A stretch of 64,000 bases of DNA from a virus: positions 36,330-100,329 of the IMG/VR virus record IMGVR_UViG_3300006028_000010; one strand, written 5' to 3'. Each line of letters begins with the position of its first letter. Position 1 is the stretch's first letter. This document shows, one piece after another, positions 38,393 through 48,061 of this stretch. The position numbers and the translations under genes are program-made. A model generated the notes under the pieces. The model did not search any database and was not told the DNA's origin. It worked only from the letters and a program-made list of their open reading frames with translations.

Positions 38393-39352
38393 CTAGCTGG
38401 AAGCGCTACCCGCAGTAAGCACTCCGAAAGGAAATCGCGTGGCCGAGTTAGCGTTCAACGCGGTCACCGGGTTCACCGTCGCGAACGCTAACCTCATGAC
38501 CACACGCATGATGCTGCCGTCCATCTGGACCGCGTTGTAAATAATTTTGCCGTCAGCATCATTGATGGTGCCCTGATCAAAGATCTTAAAGGTGATATCT
38601 TGCCGGGTGCCGATAATGGCCTTGGACCAGTCCCCGACGAGCAGGTCCGCGACGCTGGGATCCCACGCGCCGTTCGCGACCTCGGTCATGGGGTAGCCGT
38701 ACAGGCTGCCACCGCGACCGTTTTGCAGGTCAGGCTCATAAATGGGGTCACCGGAACCGGTGGACCGGATCCGCAGCAGACGCCACTTGAACCCGGGCCT
38801 AATCAACCATCCGTTGATGTTGGTGTAGCCGTCGAGGGCTACTTTCTCCGCGAGAAGCGCCACACTGGCCGGGACATCAGCAGTCGTGTCAGCGACCGTG
38901 TTCCCCGCGGCGATAGCAGCTGGGATAAGAGCCTGGGACCACGTAGCTGGCTTGTTCACACCGAACAGGCAGGCTTGGTCGATGGCTTTGCCGAGGGCTT
39001 CAACGAGACGGGGGCGGACTTCATCCCACAACGGGACACTGGTGTCCGCCATGTACGCGTCGGGAATCGGCACGAGAGCGGCCAGTTCCTCAACCACCAG
39101 CGAAACGTTCTTCCACTCAAGGTTCGTGGATTGCTTGAGACCGGAATCCCCAGACACGAAATAGGCTTGGGGTAGGACGTCGAGCACGGCGAGCCGCTGG
39201 GTGCGGGTGGACATGGGCACGCTGCGCGCCATGTTCAGCACCGCGGATTGGGTGGGGAGTTCCTGGATGATGTCCTCGGACAACGGTTCCGGGACGAGGG
39301 GGTCGGTGGTGGGCGGTGTCGCCCTGGTGATTCCCGTGTTGTAGGTAGGCAC
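38393..39352 (-). CDS. Major capsid protein (HK97 fold)
   Basis: LVPEP...EELAALVPIP...IDQACLFG...LYGYP...GDW; follows the scaffold gene. Confidence 0.9.
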   Translation of the reverse strand: MPTYNTGITRATPPTTDPLVPEPLSEDIIQELPTQSAVLNMARSVPMSTRTQRLAVLDVLPQAYFVSGDSGLKQSTNLEWKNVSLVVEELAALVPIPDAYMADTSVPLWDEVRPRLVEALGKAIDQACLFGVNKPATWSQALIPAAIAAGNTVADTTADVPASVALLAEKVALDGYTNINGWLIRPGFKWRLLRIRSTGSGDPIYEPDLQNGRGGSLYGYPMTEVANGAWDPSVADLLVGDWSKAIIGTRQDITFKIFDQGTINDADGKIIYNAVQMDGSIMRVVMRLAFATVNPVTALNANSATRFPFGVLTAGSASS

Positions 39353-39416
39353 GAGGCCCGTCTCCTGTCTTTATGGCGCAGCTAGGAGCCGGGCTTGGGC
39401 CTGGCTGCTGCTGGGG

Positions 39417-39983
39417 TTAGTGCCCGTACCCGGCGAGCCCGCGGAGCAGCTCATCGCGTGATTGCTGCGCGGGGGTGTGGGGTCGGGTGCCTTGTTTGAG
39501 GTCCGCTGGTTTGGGCTCTGGGGTTTTGATGTCTTTGGCGAGTTCTTTGGCTTGCTCCAGCGCTTCCGCCTCATCCGCGGCGGTGATGTATTTCATGTAT
39601 TTCGGGGGCAGCCCAGCGGCTTCCGCCGCGCCGCGCCGGATCTCGGCTACCCGGAAACCCTGTAATTCGACTTGCGCGGAAGCCAGCTGGTCGTTGAGTT
39701 TCTCAACTTCGCTTTTTTGGGCGTCTTGCATCTTGTCGAACTCGGTGGCCTTCTTTTTGAGCCCGTCGTAGTCAGCGAACTTTTTGCGTTCCCTGGCCAG
39801 CCGGTCGGTGAGGAGCCGGTCAACGTCGGCCTGGGTGAATGTTTTGTTGTCGTCTTTGCGGTCCGGTTCCCTCGGCTGGTCCTGGTTGGTGTCGTCGCGC
39901 TGGGCGCGCGGGTCACTGTCCTGGTCGTTTTGCTGGGGTTCCGTGGTTCCGCCCTCGTTTTCGGGGGCGTCGTCGTCTGCCAT
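39417..39983 (-). CDS. Capsid scaffolding protein (DUF4355-like)
   Basis: KTFTQADVDRLL...RLARER...KSEVEK. Confidence 0.85.
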   Translation of the reverse strand: MADDDAPENEGGTTEPQQNDQDSDPRAQRDDTNQDQPREPDRKDDNKTFTQADVDRLLTDRLARERKKFADYDGLKKKATEFDKMQDAQKSEVEKLNDQLASAQVELQGFRVAEIRRGAAEAAGLPPKYMKYITAADEAEALEQAKELAKDIKTPEPKPADLKQGTRPHTPAQQSRDELLRGLAGYGH

Positions 39984-40076
39984 GTGGTTCTCCGTAAGCC
40001 CGTCGGCATTGCTCCGGCCTTCAGCGCGGCCGTGGCGCGTCAACCCGCCTATTTGCGGGGCGTCTTCAGTGAGGGG

Positions 40077-40313
40077 TCAGGAACGCAGGGTGCCGTCCGG
40101 TCGCCAGTTCGCGGGTATCTTCCCGAGTTGATTCATGGCCCTGGCACGCTTATAGACGTGCTTTCGTTCCACCGGGGTCCTGGCAAGGTTGATGGCCGAG
40201 TCCAGGTCGGAGCTGTCAGCGATGGGGAACCGTGGCGGGCCGCCGTCCTTGCCGGGCAGCGCCTTACCCTGCTTCAGCAACTGACGTCGCGCCTCAGCGT
40301 TGTGGTTACCCAC
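40077..40313 (-). CDS. Small head-associated hypothetical protein
   Basis: RFPI...DLDSAI...KRAR...IPANW motif. Confidence 0.6.
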   Translation of the reverse strand: MGNHNAEARRQLLKQGKALPGKDGGPPRFPIADSSDLDSAINLARTPVERKHVYKRARAMNQLGKIPANWRPDGTLRS

Positions 40314-40315
40314 GA

Positions 40316-41158
40316 TTAGCCTCCCGGGATCTCGCTGGGGCCGGTCCAATGCTGATCCCGCACAGCCAGGACAGGACCGAGTTCCCCATGGTTGTGCGTG
40401 ACGAGTATTTTGTGGTAATCAATAGGCCCGCTGGTGCCACCGGCCGACACGTACTTGTCACCTAAGTCCCGAGCTATCACAGCGTGCAACTCTTCAGCGG
40501 GCACTTCATCTGGGCGAGCACCACCGAAGAGGGGTTCCACGGCACAATCACAATTATTGTGGATAGGAAGCAGGTCACCACGGCTGTACCGCCGGGTTGA
40601 CGCTAAAACACACAGCGCGCAAGAATGCGGACCAGTAAGAACGCGGCGATAACCAGTAACGCGTCGATCATTCCGCATCACCTCTCGGGCAGTGTGCGTT
40701 TTGGCCAGCTGCAAATCGGTGGCCGCGATGCTCTGCGCCCGCCGCCCACCAGCAGCCACCGCCACATCAAACGGTTTACCGCGGGACAGATCGGTCCACA
40801 CCTGAACGTAGGGCCGCCGATACACCTCGGTCGGGGCGACGCCACGCAGCCCGCTCAACGCATCCTGAGAGATGCCCACGGGGGCGGTGCTGCCCCCACC
40901 GGCAGCGGCTATCACCTGCGCAAGATAAGCGCTGGTCACACCCGCCATGACCTGCTGGGCAGCCAACACAGTGGGCACCACCGACAAAACGAACGCCTCA
41001 GCCGCGGCATCCCGATAATCACCCTGAGCGGCGTACATCATGGCCACAAAACCCAGCAGCCGGGACCTCAACGCGGTGGTAGCCGCGAAATAGGCGGCGG
41101 TCATGGCCGCTGTGCTGGCGTCCTGGGGTTGCGGCGGCGGATTGGGAGGGGCGGTCAC
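40316..41158 (-). CDS. MuF-like minor head/maturation protein
   Basis: GYRRVL...CALC...PIHNNCDC. Confidence 0.8.
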   Translation of the reverse strand: MTAPPNPPPQPQDASTAAMTAAYFAATTALRSRLLGFVAMMYAAQGDYRDAAAEAFVLSVVPTVLAAQQVMAGVTSAYLAQVIAAAGGGSTAPVGISQDALSGLRGVAPTEVYRRPYVQVWTDLSRGKPFDVAVAAGGRRAQSIAATDLQLAKTHTAREVMRNDRRVTGYRRVLTGPHSCALCVLASTRRYSRGDLLPIHNNCDCAVEPLFGGARPDEVPAEELHAVIARDLGDKYVSAGGTSGPIDYHKILVTHNHGELGPVLAVRDQHWTGPSEIPGG

Positions 41159-43905
41159 GGCTGCGAACTAATGGCAGGACCAGACGGTCGCACCCTTTCA
41201 GCGGCAGCGCTACCAGCGGGCAGCCCCATAGCCCGAGCGACCGCCTGGGCGGGAACCGCGGCACCACCAGGGGCACCAGCCGGCTTAGGCGCATTGAACG
41301 GCGCCGCCGGTGGAGACAGAATCGAGTTCAGCATGGCGTCCGATGCCCGTTCCGACTGCATCCGATCAATCTGGCTGGGCGTGAACGGTAACAAACTCAT
41401 CCGGGTACGCCACGGAACCCCCGCAGTGACCAGCTGCACATTCGCCGCTGCCATCTCCATCAACGTCCGGAACTGGGGGTCCTGCCAGATCACTTCGCAA
41501 TCATCGGGGACGGTTTTGCCTTGCACCATCCCCGCGAGCTGATACACGGTCTCCCACGATTCCCCGAATTCGGCGCTGCGTTCGGTGACCTTGCTGGTCA
41601 GGCCGGTTTCGGCGGCGGCCAAGGCGTCGCCGCTGTTGTGTGTTGCGATAAATGCATCGGTCACGCAGAACAGATGCGATGGGCCTGTTACAGTGATGCA
41701 CCGCACCGGCACAGAATCAACCGGGTCGCATGACACGATGAACCGTTGGAATACCTTCTGCTGCCCTGAGCTACTGAACTCAGTGTTCTGGAGTGCCGCT
41801 TTGCGCGCCAACCGGAACACTGGGTCGCGGGCCGACCATACCAAACGCCAACGATCCCCCGCGATTCCCTTGCTTTTTGACGTGAACCGGCCCTTTCGCA
41901 ACATCACCTTGTGTCCAAGGGACTGAATCAAGCGCGCGGCGTCTGTAGATAGCCGCTCATCATGGAAGCCTAGCTCCATTCCACCCTGGCCACGTTTCAC
42001 GGTGCCATCGGTGTCCATCAACCCTTGCAGCAACGCAAGCCGCTGCTTAAATGATCCGTGGAAGTACTCCTCGGGAATGTGCTTATTCTTCCACAATCCT
42101 GCAAGTTTAAGCCGCGCCACGAATGACCGGTTGGACCTAGCCGGAAGTTGGCTCGGACGCCCATGATACTTGTCCAGCTGCCGAACGCGATCACACTCCA
42201 TGCAATGCCTGCTGATCGTGTGAGTACCCTTTGGCTGTCCCCGATCGTGCCCATAAGGACACAGATCCGGGTCATGCCGGATACAGATATGCATACAGTT
42301 CCGGTGTTCGTGATCAGTGTAGGGGCGTACATCCACACGCTCACCACAGTCACGTAAGTGCGTGGCCATCTCCGCAGCGTCATCAACATGTGATGTGATC
42401 AGGCCGTTCACTCGGTCACCGTCACCGAGCCACACACCTAGTACATAGGGATGGATCAAGTACTCACGTTCCGGGCCATCGGGTGGTCCGGCCACCTCGA
42501 TGAAGTGGTTGTTCGTGCCCATGCTTGTGCGCAGCGACGCAGCTATCTGCTCCGTCGTCACCGTGGAGGTTTCCCGGAAAGCGCCTCGCAACTGTTTGCC
42601 CGTGTATCCAGTACCTCTGGTCGGCCGCCAGTACGGCCGTTGCGGATCACTGAAGTGGGTAGTTGTCCACAAGTGCGCTCCGTCAGCAACCACTGACGTA
42701 CCGTCAGAGAAGACGACTCTGTAGCAATCCCGATCGACGAAAATCGGAGAGATCGCTGTGACTTTCTGAACAGTGCCCGTCTCATCGAACACCGCATCAC
42801 CGATGGACACATCACCCATGGTGGTGCGCCCATCGGGGGTAGGAATGACCGTGTCGAGAGCTAGGGGAGCGTTGATAATTGATCCTAGCAGGTAGTGCGG
42901 CGGGGTGCGGGTGATAGCCGCTAGATGCTGCACATCGGCCTCGACCGCTTTCAGCACCGACGTCAGGTCGGCGGGTTGGAATTCCCCGAATTTCGCGGCG
43001 TCATCAGCCACGTTCCACAACAAATCAGCACCCGGGTCGAAACCCCCGGCGGGGTTACCGTTCTCATCCGTGAGATCCACGCCGGTGGCCCACCGTTGCC
43101 GATACGCTTGCATCGTGGAAATCACCATCCGGTCCAACACTTCAGTGTTGATCCGGTCCTGCACCGGTAGTACGTCCTCGAATTCGCCTAACGTGTTCCC
43201 ACCAAGGTCGGGGCAGCACATGAAGGGAACAACGGGGACCTCGCCGAGGGTGTTGACGGCGTACCCGTCGGGGTAGTCGTCGCTGACGTCTGGTTCCCAC
43301 GCGGCTTGGGTCCACATGTTGGTGGGGGGCTGTTTTTGGGTGCGGCCCCGGTAGTAGTGGATCGAGTCGGGTAGGTACAGCACGGCTTGCTGGCGGCTGT
43401 TGATGTCGTCCCACCACGTTTTGAGCGCGGCGAGCCGTTTCCGCCGGTTGGTGGGGGAGCTTTCGTGGATGACCTGCCGCGGGTCTTCACCTGTGACCAG
43501 CGGCTGCCCGGGGTGGTCCGGGTCTTCCCCGACGATGACGTACGCGCGGGACATGACGATCGCAGCCCTGTGTACGAGCCCGGAGTCGGCGTCGAGATGG
43601 TTGGACTGCCACCATCCCCAGGCTTGTTTGTCGAGGGTTTCGGAGCCGTCACCCCCGGTGCGGAACCCGGTGACTTTGAGGCGTTCCACCACGGACTCGG
43701 CGACCAGTTTGCAGAAGTTCGTTTTGCTCTGCTTCTGGAATTTGCGGTACGCCTCCCGCATCTTCATATTCCCGAAGGGCAGGGGGTGGTTACCGCGCCA
43801 GTAGTCGTCGAGGCGGTCCATGCGGGGGATGTCCCCGCCGAGGCGGGCCCCGAGGCGCAGTAGCCACCAGTCGGGGCTGTTGGGGGTTTTCGCGTCAGGC
43901 AGCAC
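41155..43905 (-). CDS. SPP1-like portal protein containing an intein
   Basis: NFCKLVAESVVERLKVTGFR, VPVVPF, GEFE, QAYRQRW, TPPHYL. Confidence 0.9.
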   Translation of the reverse strand: MLPDAKTPNSPDWWLLRLGARLGGDIPRMDRLDDYWRGNHPLPFGNMKMREAYRKFQKQSKTNFCKLVAESVVERLKVTGFRTGGDGSETLDKQAWGWWQSNHLDADSGLVHRAAIVMSRAYVIVGEDPDHPGQPLVTGEDPRQVIHESSPTNRRKRLAALKTWWDDINSRQQAVLYLPDSIHYYRGRTQKQPPTNMWTQAAWEPDVSDDYPDGYAVNTLGEVPVVPFMCCPDLGGNTLGEFEDVLPVQDRINTEVLDRMVISTMQAYRQRWATGVDLTDENGNPAGGFDPGADLLWNVADDAAKFGEFQPADLTSVLKAVEADVQHLAAITRTPPHYLLGSIINAPLALDTVIPTPDGRTTMGDVSIGDAVFDETGTVQKVTAISPIFVDRDCYRVVFSDGTSVVADGAHLWTTTHFSDPQRPYWRPTRGTGYTGKQLRGAFRETSTVTTEQIAASLRTSMGTNNHFIEVAGPPDGPEREYLIHPYVLGVWLGDGDRVNGLITSHVDDAAEMATHLRDCGERVDVRPYTDHEHRNCMHICIRHDPDLCPYGHDRGQPKGTHTISRHCMECDRVRQLDKYHGRPSQLPARSNRSFVARLKLAGLWKNKHIPEEYFHGSFKQRLALLQGLMDTDGTVKRGQGGMELGFHDERLSTDAARLIQSLGHKVMLRKGRFTSKSKGIAGDRWRLVWSARDPVFRLARKAALQNTEFSSSGQQKVFQRFIVSCDPVDSVPVRCITVTGPSHLFCVTDAFIATHNSGDALAAAETGLTSKVTERSAEFGESWETVYQLAGMVQGKTVPDDCEVIWQDPQFRTLMEMAAANVQLVTAGVPWRTRMSLLPFTPSQIDRMQSERASDAMLNSILSPPAAPFNAPKPAGAPGGAAVPAQAVARAMGLPAGSAAAERVRPSGPAISSQP
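41635..42867 (-). mobile_element. Class 3 intein (411 aa) with LAGLIDADG endonuclease
   Basis: Starts PLALDTVIPTP; HLW (block B Trp), VRCITV (block F Cys), THN|S (block G Thr); LGVWLGDG and LQGLMDTDG motifs. Confidence 0.9.
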
Positions 43906-43957
43906 GCACACCCCCTCGGCTGTGCCACCAGGGCACGAGTTGTGCTAGTGTTGTGTC

Positions 43958-44212
43958 ATGAACGAACACCTGTTGACAAGCAGCCAGCTCGTTGCCCGGT
44001 TCCGAGCCATCCGGCGCAAACGTGGCATGTCCGCGCAGGATGTCGCTAACGCCACCGGCATCCCCAGGCATGTCATAGCAAGTCTTGAAACAGGGCGAAG
44101 GGCCACGCTCACCATCGATGAAGCGAAGGCCATAGCCGACGCACTCAACGCGGACCTCATCGCCTGCCTACAACCCGACCCGATCGAAGTGATCCCAGCA
44201 GTAACCGCTTAA
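43958..44212 (+). CDS. XRE-family HTH protein
   Basis: IRRKRGMSAQDVANATG...IASLETGRR...IADAL. Confidence 0.85.
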   Translation: MNEHLLTSSQLVARFRAIRRKRGMSAQDVANATGIPRHVIASLETGRRATLTIDEAKAIADALNADLIACLQPDPIEVIPAVTA

Positions 44213-44218
44213 CAACAA

Positions 44219-44500
44219 TTGCAGAACGGAATAATCATGCGTATGTCAGTGGGCGTCGGCCTGCTCCGCTTCTACAGCAACGGCCGCAGAATGTCCCCCG
44301 AAGGCCGAGGACTCCTCCTGCTACTGTTCATCACACTGATGACCATACTCATCGCCATCAAATTCTGGTACGTGTCACTACCCCTCATAGCGATCGGGAT
44401 ACTGACCTGGAAACTGTACCCAGCCGCCCGTAAACAACAGGCGGCCAGCAAGACGACGGACAAACCCGGCAACCAGGCGTCAGTCAGCAACCGCCGCTAG
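44219..44500 (+). CDS. Small membrane protein (start uncertain)
   Basis: Two TM segments. Confidence 0.55.
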   Translation: MQNGIIMRMSVGVGLLRFYSNGRRMSPEGRGLLLLLFITLMTILIAIKFWYVSLPLIAIGILTWKLYPAARKQQAASKTTDKPGNQASVSNRR

Positions 44501-46110
44501 AAACGCACCAACCTCTTGGACTTGCGCGGCTGGACGGTCACACCGGCCGCCACCGCGTCAGCCCGAGCCTCATACGCCAACACCGCAGCCATCGCCGCGT
44601 CAATCTTCCGGGAACTCGACGGGTTCTCCTTACTGATCAGGACCCCTGAACGCGTCACCCGACGGTGAGCGTTAAGGACATGCCGAGTGAGCACCGAACC
44701 ACCGTCATGCCGAAGCGTCCCAGCTGCAGCAGCTTCCCGGAAACGCTCAAGAGCAGTCACCATGCTTCTCACCCGGTTCGTCCACCACTCCAAAGGGCGT
44801 TCCCTCGTGGCATGCACCCGCATCCGGGAACCGAACTCCGCCGACCAACGATCAAGGTAATCCTGCCAATGCGCGGGATCGGCGTAAAACCCAACCACCT
44901 GGAACCGGTCCATCGCCCCAGCGACCGCCGCGTCCACCGCAACCCGGTCAACCTGCCATTCCACACTGGCAGGCAGGTCGGGACGTTCCCAACAACCCAG
45001 AACGTTCAGGTAGGCATCCTCGATCCGGCAGGCGACCAGCGCGGTGGAGTCCTCCCGCACCGACCCGTCAAACCCGAGAGTCACTATGTCCCCGTCACGG
45101 AGACTGGTTGTGACATCAGCGCACGCACCCCACTCATGCGGCGCGATCCACGAGTCCTCCATCGCGACGATCTGGTTGAGATAAAACCGTCTGGACATCG
45201 CCGGCGGGGTTGCAGGGTCGTAAATCTCCTCGATCAACCGATCAACATCCAGCCAATGCGAGTCCCCCCGAGCTGTTAACAACCCGGCCCGCAGAGAGTC
45301 CCGATCCGACATGTCGGTGTCCGCTGGAGCTTCCAGGGAGTCGTACAGGAATCCCGTCGCTTTCGATCGACCCTGCTTAATCGCTAGATAGGCTTCCCAG
45401 TCCCGTTCGGCCACCGAGTCCTCACCCGGCTGGTGGGCGTTTGTTAACGCCAACGCGCGAGCTGAGCCGTCCCGCGATTTAGCGAGGTTCCTGGCGATGG
45501 CCCGAGCCATCTCATGCCCCTCAGTTGAGGCGATCCAGTGGTGCACCTCGTTGAGGATCACGTAGGAAGGTCGGCCACCCTCCAGCGCGCGCGGAGAGCT
45601 GGTGACAGCCTCGATCCGGCCACCACCCCGCGAATAGATGATTGTCTTCCCAAGGTCGATGCCGAACTCATCAACCGCTTTCTGTGAGAACATTCCGGGG
45701 AACAGGGTCATCGTGTTCCGCGTCTGGTCCACCGACACTGCCGCGACCTGCACCCACGGCGCCGAGTACGGGATCGCCACCGGTTCACCCTGAGCGTCCC
45801 AACCACCGAAACGGCACGGACCGCAAAATTCCGTCGCAGCCAGAGCCGCCGCAATCGGGTCTTTACCCCAACCCTTCATCCGCCGCAACACGGCGCGGCG
45901 ATACACGAACCGACCTAGGTCGTCGATGGCGTACCACCACAAAAAAAACCGCAACTGCTCCGCAGTCAACCGCCACGGCGACCCCGCATCCGGCCCATCT
46001 GGTTGCAGCAAGTACTCCAGCTGCCACTCCAGAATCGACCACCCCAAGGTCCGGTTCTCCAGCGGGAAACCCTCCGGTCCGATCCGCACCGCCACCGACG
46101 CCGTGGTCAT
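44497..46110 (-). CDS. terL: Terminase large subunit
   Basis: RRMKGWGK (Walker A), VILNE (Walker B), LGFDGS, KIDAAMA. Confidence 0.92.
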   Translation of the reverse strand: MTTASVAVRIGPEGFPLENRTLGWSILEWQLEYLLQPDGPDAGSPWRLTAEQLRFFLWWYAIDDLGRFVYRRAVLRRMKGWGKDPIAAALAATEFCGPCRFGGWDAQGEPVAIPYSAPWVQVAAVSVDQTRNTMTLFPGMFSQKAVDEFGIDLGKTIIYSRGGGRIEAVTSSPRALEGGRPSYVILNEVHHWIASTEGHEMARAIARNLAKSRDGSARALALTNAHQPGEDSVAERDWEAYLAIKQGRSKATGFLYDSLEAPADTDMSDRDSLRAGLLTARGDSHWLDVDRLIEEIYDPATPPAMSRRFYLNQIVAMEDSWIAPHEWGACADVTTSLRDGDIVTLGFDGSVREDSTALVACRIEDAYLNVLGCWERPDLPASVEWQVDRVAVDAAVAGAMDRFQVVGFYADPAHWQDYLDRWSAEFGSRMRVHATRERPLEWWTNRVRSMVTALERFREAAAAGTLRHDGGSVLTRHVLNAHRRVTRSGVLISKENPSSSRKIDAAMAAVLAYEARADAVAAGVTVQPRKSKRLVRF

Positions 46111-46118
46111 ACCACTCC

Positions 46119-47363
46119 TCACGGCACGGGGACGAACGACACCTCATCCCCCGTGGACTCCAGAACCGGCACCGTCCCAGTGTGCTCCTGAAACCGCCGG
46201 CAAATCACGTCAGCATATTTTTCGTCCAGTTCGATGAGCGCCGCTCTGCGGTTGGTTCCGTGGCAGGCGATGAGCGTGGATCCGGAGCCGGCGAACGGGT
46301 CGACCACCAAGTCCCCAGGGTCGGTGGAGTTTTCGATGTGTCGCGTAATCAGTTCCACTGGTTTCATCGTGGGATGATCCTCGGACCGCTTCGGCCTAGC
46401 GATCTCGAACACCGTGTCCTGCTTGCGGTCTGGTGGCGGGTGATGTGCCGCGCCGGGAGTCCACCCGTAGAACACCGGCTCGTGACGGTAGTGGTAATCA
46501 GAGCGGCCCATCACGAATTGGTCTTTCACCCATATTAGCGTTTGCCTGTAAACTCTTAGCTCGACAAGGAGGTCGCCGAATGTTAAATGCAGCGGCCCGG
46601 GCGGAGCGGCTACGTACCAGGCCGCTCCAACGTCGCATGAGGTGAACGCAATCCCCAGGACCGATCGTAGGAATTGGCGCAACCCGTCGGAACTCAACTC
46701 GTCGTTGGTGATGGTCAGTGCGTCTTTTGTTTTGCCGACGTACGAGACCCCGTACGGGGGGTCGGTCCACATGCAGTCGGCCTTGTTGTCGTCGAGCAGC
46801 AGTTCCCACACCAGCGGATCGGTGGAGTCGCCCACAGCTAAACGGTGGGGGCCGAGTTGCCACAGGTCGCCGCATTTCGTGACCGTCTCGGCTGACAGCC
46901 CGGGCGCGTCATCGGGGTCGTTCAACGCGGGAGGCTGATCCCGCGCCGCAAGCGCACGTTCCAACTCGTCCAGATCACCAGGGTCGTACCCCGTGCCATC
47001 CAAATCCGGCAAATCAGCCAGCAACTCCAGCAACAGCCGGTCGTCATACTCACCGAGATCAGCGGTCCGATTATCCGCCGCAACGATCCGGGCGGCCTGG
47101 TCCTCATCTACATCAACGAACGTTACCGCTATCGTTTTCCACCCGAGATCCCGGGCCGCCATAAGCGTATGATTCCCCGCAAGAACCTCATTAGGGCGAC
47201 CAGTGTGAGTACCACGATTAACAGCTATCGCCCTGTACTGGGAATTAACCTCCAACGACCGGGCAATAGCCCCCGTGTTCCCCCGCCGAGGATTCCGATA
47301 ATAAGTCCGCAACTCACCCACCGGCACATACGACACCGCGAGCTCATGCCGCGGAACCGTCAC
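46119..47363 (-). CDS. ParB-N domain fused to an N6/N4 DNA methyltransferase
   Basis: NPRRG...LAGNHT...AADNRT; TDPPY; HPTMKP; DPFAGSGST. Confidence 0.9.
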   Translation of the reverse strand: MTVPRHELAVSYVPVGELRTYYRNPRRGNTGAIARSLEVNSQYRAIAVNRGTHTGRPNEVLAGNHTLMAARDLGWKTIAVTFVDVDEDQAARIVAADNRTADLGEYDDRLLLELLADLPDLDGTGYDPGDLDELERALAARDQPPALNDPDDAPGLSAETVTKCGDLWQLGPHRLAVGDSTDPLVWELLLDDNKADCMWTDPPYGVSYVGKTKDALTITNDELSSDGLRQFLRSVLGIAFTSCDVGAAWYVAAPPGPLHLTFGDLLVELRVYRQTLIWVKDQFVMGRSDYHYRHEPVFYGWTPGAAHHPPPDRKQDTVFEIARPKRSEDHPTMKPVELITRHIENSTDPGDLVVDPFAGSGSTLIACHGTNRRAALIELDEKYADVICRRFQEHTGTVPVLESTGDEVSFVPVP

Positions 47364-48061
47364 CGAGCCATCCGCCGATACGCATCCATCGCCGACACCA
47401 CCGCCAACTCAGCATCCGGCTCCACATCCGGCTCCACATACCGAATCCGCAAATCCCGACGCGCATCATGCGTCGTCCCCAAAATCTTCTCCCGCTGCCG
47501 CAACTCCGCCGCCACCCGCACATCACCCGCATGAAACGTCGCAGCCACCACAGCCGAATCCAACGCAAACTGCCAATCAGCCGCAGACCACAACACACAA
47601 TGCGGCATCCGCGACACCGCCGCCCACCACCGCCGAGTCTCAGCCGGCCACTCCCCAGGCACCGACCGCGCACTCGACAACCCCAACGACGCCAACCCCG
47701 CCGCAACCTGCTGATCCAACACCCGCAACGCCGCCCGCTCCCGCCACCCCTTCTCCCGCAACACCTTCACCCGCAACGGCACACGCTCATCCATCTGCTC
47801 ACACAAAACCAACAACGCCTCAGCATCCACCGGGGCCGTACCAGCCTCATTCCACGCCTTACCCCACAACTCCAACCCAAACCGACCCAACGGCCGAGAC
47901 GGCTCAGGAACCTCACGAGGCTCCACACCACGCGGCCTAGCCGGCAACTCCGGAACCACCCCGCTATACGGAACGTCGGGAACCTCGGTCCAATCCACAG
48001 GGGACTTCACCCGATGCCGCTTCATCCCCTCAGGCTTCGGCTTCGCCCCAGAAATAGGCAC
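47360..48061 (-). CDS. terS: Terminase small subunit
   Basis: AAGGAGG RBS plus GTG; GAKPK N-terminus; AAELRQRE..LGTT.DARRDLRI. Confidence 0.75.
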   Translation of the reverse strand: MPISGAKPKPEGMKRHRVKSPVDWTEVPDVPYSGVVPELPARPRGVEPREVPEPSRPLGRFGLELWGKAWNEAGTAPVDAEALLVLCEQMDERVPLRVKVLREKGWRERAALRVLDQQVAAGLASLGLSSARSVPGEWPAETRRWWAAVSRMPHCVLWSAADWQFALDSAVVAATFHAGDVRVAAELRQREKILGTTHDARRDLRIRYVEPDVEPDAELAVVSAMDAYRRMAR

